Shown here one piece after another: positions 54,663 through 64,000 of a stretch of DNA of 64,000 nucleotides (position 1 is the stretch's first letter; every line of letters starts with the position of its first letter). Below the pieces are notes generated by a model that worked only from the letters and a program-made list of their open reading frames with translations, was not told where the DNA came from and did no database searches. The stretch is from Kudoa neothunni (taxonomy: Eukaryota; Animalia; Cnidaria): positions 9,513,245 to 9,577,244 of the forward strand of contig OZ199838.1 of assembly GCA_964304625.1 (NCBI GenBank), read 5' to 3'. Position numbers and translations under genes: made by a program.

Positions 54663-57600
54663 ATGGCAAAAAACAACCAAGACATAGAACTTGTTGAAGC
54701 TGCCCCTGCTTCGAGTTCGCCTGATAAATCCATTATAGATACTACAAAAATAGAATTGAAACGTTCTATTGGATTGGTTGGTGGATCCGGTCTCATTGTC
54801 GGATGTATTATTGGCTCTGGTATATTTATTACCCCCACTAGCATTCTTAGAGAAAGTGGTTCTATCGGGGTTGCGCTTGTTATGTGGGCTGTATCGGGAT
54901 TCTTGTCGATTCTCGGCGGGTTGTGCTTTGCAGAACTTGGTACCACCATTCCTGAAAGTGGTGCCGAATACAACTATATTCTGGAAAGTTTTGGATCTAT
55001 CCTCGCATTTCTTTTCATATGGACAAGTGTGTTCGTGTTGAAGCCAGCTAGTGTAACCATCATTGCAATCACGAGTGCGATCTACATTGGTGAAGCATTT
55101 TTCCCTCAGTGTATCGTTCCAGAAATCGTATCCAAATTGCTAGCTGCTACCATCATAGGTAGATTTTAGTATATGGGATTAGTTGATATAATTTTTTTCA
55201 GTGTCAATCACATTGGTAAACATGCTCAGTGTTAAATGGTCTATTCGATTAAACAATCTATTGATGTATACAAAATTTGTGGCAATTCTAATGTTTGTGA
55301 TTATTGGTCTTGTCAATTTACGTCATCCAGGTTTATTTTCTACCTCAAACACACATCTAATACATATATGAATTTGTCTACAGAAGCAAGAGACTATTTT
55401 TCGAATCCGTTTGAAGACTCCAAAGTTTCCGCTGGTTCTATTGGAAGAGCATTCTTTCAAGCGTTATGGGCATATGATGGATTTAACAATTTGAATTATG
55501 CTGCCGAAGAAATGATCAACCCCGATGTGTATTTTACTCTCACTGATGATAAACGTTAATTTTATTTTTAGCAACTTGCCCCGCTCCATTATTTTAGGCA
55601 TGACCCTAGTTACTGTATGTTATTTGGCTATTAACTTCTGCTATATTGCTGCAATCGGTCCATATGGCATATTAGAATCCAACGCATTAGGGCTGGTGAG
55701 TTGTCTTTACTGTCTTAGTCTGGCCAAATTATAATTCAATCTTTGTTGTTTTAAGACAATTGGATATACTTACCTCGGTAAATGGAGTTGGATTGTGCCA
55801 GTTCTTGTGGCCTGTTGCACATTTGGTTCAGCTCTTTCCACCATTTTTGGTAATGGAAGGTAGGCATGTGTTTTCCTAATTTGTGATTAATTTTCTGTGT
55901 ATCAAGGTTGTTATTTGTTGCTTCACGCAGAGGTCATCTTCCTTTGATTCTCTCTTCAATTCACAAGACCTTACACACCCCAATTCCTTCCCTCGCATTC
56001 ACGGTATTATATTTTTTAAAGCATTCCTATATGTTATGTTAATGCATCATCATATTTCATAATATTTTTGTTGACGCTTTAACAATTATTTTTTCTTGAA
56101 CTTATAAGCTACTTTTTGAACTTTTGAACGAAGGAACAGTTTGATAATTCCGGTTGAACCCTCTAACGAATTTTAGGCTTTATATTCCCACAGTACATCT
56201 TATTTAATAATTTATATTTTTTCATAAGTGGATCGATATTTGTACTTTTTATCAAAATTTTCAATATGTGCAGATGATTAAAGATTAGGACAATTAATTA
56301 TGAATTTTCTCTTGAATAAATCATTCTTCATTGGACTTGGGGTGAAAATAGCCTAAAATTTTCTTGGATCCATTTTCATATAAGCTCGTCTGAATAATTC
56401 CATCTGTTTTTTTCAGAGTGAGGTAATATAGGAAATGGATCATATGTAATTATTAGATTTTGCGAATTTAAGAAATAAAACGTCAGTACATGCGGTGATG
56501 GAAATGAAATTAATCCCCTTCAAATTGGTCATAAGAACACATTTTTCCCCTATGAAATTATTAAGTTTTTGAAACAAATTACTCCTGCTTGGCAGAAAAA
56601 ATTGAATACAGTGATGGGTAAAGTGCGACTTGCGGACGTGTTTAGAAGGCTGAATAAGTACGCGAGTGTACATTATTTTCACAAGGCACTGGCTATTGCT
56701 ACGGATCCGTATAATCCGCATGTGCGGGTTGTCTATCGTTACGGGAGGGAATAACTCCAAATCTACAAACTCACATAGAGGTTGAAATTCACATTTGTAA
56801 TTAATGATTTTTGGCCTAACATAATTAACAATTTTAAAGAAAAATACAACAGTATCGTGAGGAGTTTTGGAGTCCAGAATAGCTGCAGTTCACCTTTTTA
56901 ACGTTTAATAAAATTAATATGCAAAATTGTGTGCGTAACATTAGTTAATAAAGAGAATACTCAGATGAAATAAACCATTTTGACTTATATTAATATAAGC
57001 GTGCACCAAGAAACGTTTTTGATTTTGTGGCAACTGCTCATTTATTTTAAATCGGCGGCATATTTGTACAATTTGAATATTTAAAACAGTTAGGAAGTAA
57101 ATTATTAGTTTGTGAAAATTCTCAGAGAAAAATTCTTAAGCGCCCCGAGTTAGAAATATTGTATTAGACTGATTATGATACAGTTTTTGTGCTCAAATAA
57201 AACTTTATTTAGTAAGCAGTTAGTATTTTGAATAGATATTATATTATTTTTTCATCGTTTCTTTTCTAGAAAAGCAATGACTGTTAGCCTAGATTCTTCA
57301 GGTTGTCCGTTTGCTTTCACTATCGATGGGAATGAAAGTCTAACTAATATTTGTTAACATTTTAATGATTGTATTTCGAGTATCAATTGTTATTTCGTAT
57401 TATTTTGTGTTAACTTCCTTTGAAATATTTTTATTACACAAAGTTTACAGATAAAAAATGAGCATTTGAAGAGACAATTCTCAAAGATTCCCTTACTTTA
57501 TGTTCTCAACCGTAACAGCGATACATCATTTTTCATTCAAAATAGGGAAGCATTCTAAAATTTATTCCAAGAAGCCATCAATGTACGTATGAATTTTTTC

Positions 57601-60600
57601 ATACAAAATGCATGCATAAGTTATGCGAAATGCTCAAATAGAATCGTTAGCAGCAGTTAAATACAAGGGTGCACTTATAAGAATAAAAATTGTAAAATTT
57701 ACCAAAAATATTTGAATTTACACTCACCGCGAGTTCAAAAGTTTATTTATTGTATTCGTTAGCATAAATTTTTAACAAAATTGAAGAGTTAGTCGCATTA
57801 GGTGATCAACCAAAAATAATCAAGTAACAACATTGATGTCTTTTTTTATTTTATCATCACACTTAAAATTGTGATTTAACATATTAATAGTCGTAAATAC
57901 ATCTATGTTGATTATTCCTCTTTTTTTCACATTGTGTGGGGATTTCACTGTGTTATTTTTACTCGTTTCATAGCATAACATTTTTATATACGCTCGTTAT
58001 TAGATCTAAATGATATTAATTCAAAAAGATGATTATCTGAGAGTTCGACTTTTTGTTGATGAGGTAGAAATCGGTACATCGAAGCATTACAAAGATGATT
58101 ATATATCTCATTTAAGAATATGATCATGAAAAATTTTCCATATCGTTATTAATTCAACAAATAATTCTGGAGAGGCAGTTACCTCTATACGTTGACGATT
58201 TGTGTTACCTTTAAGCTTTCTTTTTTATAGAGATTCGAAAAGAATACAAACGTTATTTTGTAGTAAATTAAAGCATTATTAAAATATTTTAGAATTTTAG
58301 ATTGGGAATGTTGTATTTTTCTCAATTCCCTCATTTTTAATTGCAGGAAACAAGATGTTCATAGCGATGAATATGACCTTTTAATGAGTTATATACGTCA
58401 GCTTTCAATCCAGGAGAGGATTCCATCATATAAATGGCGCTACAGTGAAAACCTAGATTCCCACACAGGTTACTGTAATCAAGGATTCAAAGTGTGTTTC
58501 CTTCTATTGCGAACATTAATTTTAGATAACGCATTAGAGTAAAATAATTTTTTTGAATTTTTATATTATTAAAACTAATAATTTATCTATATTTGTAGAA
58601 ATAACATTAAAGAAGATAGAATTATGCTCATCGTAATTTAAATGCACACAGAAAGCTTTTATATTGATTTTAACTATAAAATTAAATATTACTTTGAGTA
58701 TATTTACTTTATAGATTTACTGAATTCATTACATAGAATTCTCTAATCGTTTTCCATGAATACCGGTAATACGTAATGTACTTTGTAGATATGTAATAAT
58801 AGCGATATAAATATAATATATAAATTATATGTATATATATATATATATACATATATAACAAATACAATTATTTCATTCTATAAAAACATAGCTAAGCGTA
58901 TTTTAACAGATTACATTAGCCGAGCTAGATTAAACATATTAGGTACAATCAGAGGTAATAGGATGGACGTTTTTATACATAAAACATAATGTCTGATATT
59001 TGATTTTTCCGTTACAGAAACTTTTATTGGTAAAAAATTAAAATATGTAGTTAACATTACTCATAACAAACATAAAACAAGAAATTTTGTCACAATAATA
59101 GAAATTTCAATAGCTTAAATTTCCTCCAAAATGGATAATTAGGTTGGGTCGAAAATTATTAATTACAAATGTGAATTTCAAATGTTAACTGGGTTATTAG
59201 GTTTGGAGTTATTCCCTCCCGTAGCAATAGCCACTGCCTTTTCAAAATCTAATAACACCAAAACAACGTTTTTCTTCCATAAACCAATTAAAAAATAACT
59301 TTTTGGCAAATATTTTAGATTTGTAATCATCAATTTTACGTGATTCAGTTATCCAATTTGGAGGTTTACCTACGCTTGCGTCCTACCTATGATTATCACA
59401 TGTAATAATGATCAAGATAAGATTTTATACGTGCTTAAAACAGAATAATATGCTATTAATTTAAAACAAAAATAATCTAAAATTAACTAAATGCTAAAAC
59501 ACATGAGCATGCGATATTTAAATCTAATTTAGAAGTTAAAACGCAAAAGGAACCATTCCGGTACCTTTCATTACAAACGATGCATTAACGATAAAAATTA
59601 TTTATTACTATATTTAAAATGATGTAAAGTCGATGTAAGTCGCATAATTTTTAACCATAAAAATTTATAATAGAGGTATGTCAAAATTTATCATCTTTAC
59701 GTAGAAATATTTTTTTTATTTATCTTAATTTTCTCAGGTGATAATGCGCTCAAAACTTCCCTCATTAATCGTCGTTTGTTGACATCACATGTTTGTACAA
59801 TTAGGGCATTGCCCCCCTGAAATCGTACACTCATTTATGGAAACCGTAGTTTGAATGATGATTGGAACTCGAAAATATTTCTTCATACATTCAATGGATA
59901 AAGCGGTCTGTTGTCCTTTGTCTCGAATCAGTTCCTGTATTAAAGGAATACAACTTGTTGCGGCCAGCACCAAATGAAACCTGGGGAATTCAGTAAGAAA
60001 ATCAACGATAACGATAGAGAACAAACGACCTTAAAATATTTGAAAGTTATAATAAGCAAAACCAATCAATTAAGAGTTAAAACCTTATGATAAATATTTA
60101 TTTTATTTATTGACATAAATAAGTGAAGTTGAAAGAAATGATTAAGGGTAACATAATAATTTGATAACTTTTTCAGATGGTATTTTGATTCTGAAAAATC
60201 ATTTTACAAAACCTTAAAAAATATGACTATAACATTGATAATTACCAAAAATTACGATTTTTGTAATTTCAACTTATTTAGATCATACTACGGAAATGAA
60301 ATATTTCGTAATAAATTTTAAGAAAATTACTTCTACACGTTGGTGATATTTAGTTCACAATAAATTTGGTAGAATCTGAAATATCATAAATGTAATTTTT
60401 GGCTAACTTTATTATATTCATATTTATAACTTAGACCTCTTATAGAATATAGTATATTATATTTAATGCGATGTTTAAAACAAATATGAAATAATTCTAT
60501 CAGAGTTATTGTTTAAATATTTCATGTTTACTTAACGAGTATTATTAAACTTTCATAACTCCAGTTAAAATGAAAGTTTATTAAGTATAAAGCCTATTAT

Positions 60601-63600
60601 TTCAGTCGTAGCTTACAATAATATGCCAATCATAAAATTTCTATATTTAAGAAATCTATTTAATTCCTTATTAAGTTTTACTAATTGGAAGCGTTTCTAA
60701 ATTAATTTATGTACTTACTTTTTTATTGTACCAATAATGTTAGAAAAGCCACTAACAGGTATTTGAATTCTCCAAAAACCGCGTATTCAACTATGCGGCC
60801 CTCACCCCTACAATTTGAGCCCACCACTGCCCTTGGGGATGAGGACGTTATACGTACTTTTGCGCGGGCGCAGATATATCAAAACACAAAATTAGCCATA
60901 AGCTTAAATATTAATGAAAAGACAATCATATATTGGTGTTAAATTACGATTTAAAATAGAATCAGATATTAACTCCCACTTCTTTGAGCCATAATGCTTA
61001 AATAGTTGTCATACTCTTCTAAACAAAATAAGGCCATCTTTAAAAGGTTCAATTTTTTATCAATAAAATCACCTGTTTCTGAATCTTTGAGGAGGGGTTG
61101 TGATTGCGCAATTGTTACTGCTATGAATTAGGAAGGTCACCATTATAAACCACACTACTGTATATCTACAACACATGTCTATGTTTATCCTTCGCTTTTA
61201 ACCAACCGTCACATATATGTAACTATAAAAACTACTAAAAAATTGTTTAAGTGTGTCGGAAAAAGAAAAAATACTTAATTTAACCATGCAGCCAAAGCAA
61301 AACGGTGCATACGACCGATCCTCACGTGACTTTATATTTTTCATTTATTCGTGATTATTGTGCTTATAAATTATTTAATGTGAGTAATTCTAACATTATA
61401 TAATTTCAAAAATCATTTAAAATACGATCTACCCTTTTAATATGTAAAATAACTACTTTACGTACGACCGGTCAATTACTGTAGTTTGTTTTCCTCGTTA
61501 CTTAAATCAACTGTTAAATTTATTATTTACTGGATTAAGTTGTGCAGATGGTTAATTTAATATTATGCCGAATAAGGCAACATCCTTTCTTCCCCCTTGA
61601 CAATAGAATTTAATTTATTTTTCACTTTGAGTGCTTTTTATTTGTTGACATTTTTTGGTTCCAAACGAATATGAAATCATCCTATTTCCAATTAATTCTT
61701 TAGGGATCTTTATAATATTATTATACTAATCTGAGCGATTGCAGGGGGTATATTTAAAGGTGATAATCATCCTTTAGAAAATTGGATGATTTTCGTCTCA
61801 GTTTTTTAAAAACTTGATTAATTTTTATAATAAAGTTGTTTTACTACCCAAAAAACACGTGCATTATCGTTTTGAACCTAAAGAAAATTATTGATCCACA
61901 ATCTCTACTAAGAAGACACCCTTTCCTTCTCAAATTCTGAATTTTCAAAATACCAAAATCGTATGGTCTGTTTATTGTGCTTGTTTAAGAAAATTTGCGC
62001 TGAAAATAATCAAGCACATAGATTATTAGGAAAAACCTATTCCAAGGGATCAGATTGAATATGCTATCTCAAGTTCATAGAATACAGGGGAATATTAATG
62101 TTGTATCGTGTTAACAGACAAATAAAATATTTTTCGAGACTCTAAATATAAATCACTTAATTAACACATGCCGACCTTGTCCATGAACGATTCAAATCAT
62201 GTTTCGGTATTGCGATATTTTTTTATTATTCCATACTTGGTGGTAGGGTATTAGTGGATAGAATTTTACCGATTCATTGGACTCATAAATTGTTAAAATA
62301 ACCCTGGTACTATTTCTTTGTAGTAAAGACAAAACCTTTATAATATGAAAAATCCAATTAAAATAATATGCTCATTCAAACATTGAATATTTTTAAATTC
62401 ATACAAATACCATATGTTTGTTTTCTTGTATTCTTCTTTGATAGTTTTATTTATTATTTTTTAAATCATTCTGAAAAACATGTAAGGGACAGTGTATTTG
62501 TTGAGTGTTAGTTTATTAATTATTGCTGAAAATCCTTTTTCAGTCAAGCTTGCGTCTAAAAAATTTATTTGTTTTAAAAATATTAAATCAAGAAAAGAAT
62601 ACTGGTTCCTTAACCCCTTCATAATATTATGTCGACAATTATACGGTGCCGTTTCTGTCTTTCGCCACATAACCAGGTTGACGCCGTAATCAAACAATAT
62701 CAGGAAGGAAGCGGTTACATTTTTTACAGGAAACGATATGCTCAAAGTATTAATAATCATTAGCAGAACAAATCGCAACAACTCTTCACGGTAAATGGTC
62801 TGGCGAGAATGTCGACACGATCGATTGAATATTTCGTCATTATAATACGTAAAATTTAAGCGCCATTGTCTAATAGTGATGTTTTTTTCCTACGGGTCAG
62901 CCAGTAATTGTTACTCTACATTTAAATCATTATTTTTGTGATCAAAGTCATGTAAAGTCGGATTTTTGAGAGATAATCTTGGGAGAACCACATATGATAA
63001 AATAGATATGTAGAAAATACTTTTCATGTACATTTCAAACACCGATATTTTAACATTGTGCATACATTAACGTCATTCCGCGTTACATTTTCGTTTAAAT
63101 TACAAAAAAAAAACGCTTACTTTTACCGAGGACTTCGTAAATTTTATGTTGGGATCATTCATTTTTAAGTCCTTCACATCTTTTAAAATATGTAATTCTT
63201 TGGCCAATAACTTAATCCTATATTTTGGTTGGTTTCCTCCTTCCCTGAAGTTTTATTTAATCACACTTAATTGAATTTTTGTAAGCCAACTAACTAACAC
63301 AGTATTTATTAGATTCACTAATTTTTAATAATTATTTGATATTTCCAAATATTAATAATATAATTTTTTAGCTTTGTTAAATAAATTGCAAGATGTTCTG
63401 TAGGCTGTTTTGAAGGCATCCTTTTTTTGGCTGCTTTTAAGTTACCTAAAAATAATCATACATGCTAGGATTAGCTGCGTAAACTGAGATAAAATTTAAT
63501 GTAAACATTTGGTCAAACCGAATGTTTTAATTAATGTTGAAATTAATGATGCCAGGAACATAAATATAATTCATGTGTTTTAACTTAACCTTGTAATAAC

Positions 63601-63996
63601 GATTTATTCATTAGGCAATAATCTCGCTTCTTTTATTGATCCCAAGCGTTTCAAACCTGGATAAAATGATCGATCTCTTCAGTTTTGCCACATGGTTCTT
63701 CTTTTTGTTGTGTTTTCTTGGTCAGATCTACCTCCGATATAAGAGACCGGACATGAGAAGACCATTTAGAGTGAGAGATGGATAATTATTCTGGTGAATT
63801 TAAATCTTGTTTAGGTATGGGATTATTGTTCCTGCAATAATGTGTATTAGTTCCAGTGTACTTATTGTTCTTCCAATTTTCGACAATGCAACCGGTTTCT
63901 TCATTGCTGCAAGCGTTATATTGGCAGGTGTTCCCGTGTACTTTTTATTAGTGAAATACCGACATAAACTACCGAAAGCATTTTTTAAACGTTTTG
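54663..63996 (+). CDS. SLC7-family L-type amino-acid transporter light chain (b0,+AT/SLC7A9-like); 3' end beyond window
   Basis: [26 protein letters not shown], conserved Cys in [29 protein letters not shown]. Intron 56004-63614, then [10 protein letters not shown]...[13 protein letters not shown] and ...LAGVPVYFL. Apparent 1-nt frameshift at about 63820. Confidence 0.9.
56685..59238. mobile_element. Non-autonomous MULE with long inverted ends, 9-bp TSD and internal exon-like cargo
   Basis: Termini GGCACTGGCTATTGCTACGG and (rc) GGCAGTGGCTATTGCTACGG. Inverted similarity extends about 100-150 bp. Flanks TTTTCACAA (56676-56684) and TTTTCAAAA (59239-59247). Confidence 0.8.
61560..62830 (-). pseudogene. 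Decayed ORF with PHD-like and possible Ulp1-protease-like remnants (probably transposon-derived)
   Basis: Minus-strand [22 protein letters not shown] at about 62705-62780. [12 protein letters not shown] at about 61565-61600 resembles the Q-x-DCGLF motif. Confidence 0.35.
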
Positions 63997-64000
63997 GTAA

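Noticed and set aside
60760-60840. tRNA/SINE-head-like sequence on the minus strand
   Set aside because: No cloverleaf and no shared body with the other SINE candidates. None of the SINE heads is called as a true tRNA gene.
1-64000. CRISPR arrays, rRNA, prokaryotic operons
   Set aside because: No regularly spaced repeats or rRNA-like sequence. The genes are spliceosomal-intron-rich eukaryotic genes.

Overview
AT-rich eukaryotic DNA, most likely from an animal. Genes are compact and intron-dense (introns mostly about 40-70 nt) and the proteins are divergent, which fits a reduced parasitic metazoan such as a myxozoan or orthonectid; that taxonomy is inference only. There are eight host genes: WDR11 (5' end outside the window), an SLC25A22-like mitochondrial glutamate carrier, ATP6V1D head-to-head with RBBP5, PSMC4/Rpt3, fumarate hydratase, pinin, and an SLC7A9-like amino-acid transporter (3' end outside the window, with a 7.6-kb intron). 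Intergenic DNA and the largest intron hold mostly decayed, often nested DNA transposons (pogo/Tigger, piggyBac, hAT, Tc1/IS630-like, two Merlin/ISXO2-like, Mutator/MULE) and probable tRNA-derived SINEs. The most notable structure is a MULE family sharing a GG(C/A)-n-(T/G)G(G/T)CTATTG terminus. It comprises a 4.1-kb element encoding an intron-containing transposase with SWIM, AT-hook and PHD domains, several MITEs, and a 2.55-kb TIR-bounded copy with a 9-bp TSD carrying multi-exon cargo (Pack-MULE-like) inside the SLC7 intron. All calls come from manual reading and recalled family motifs; no searches were run.
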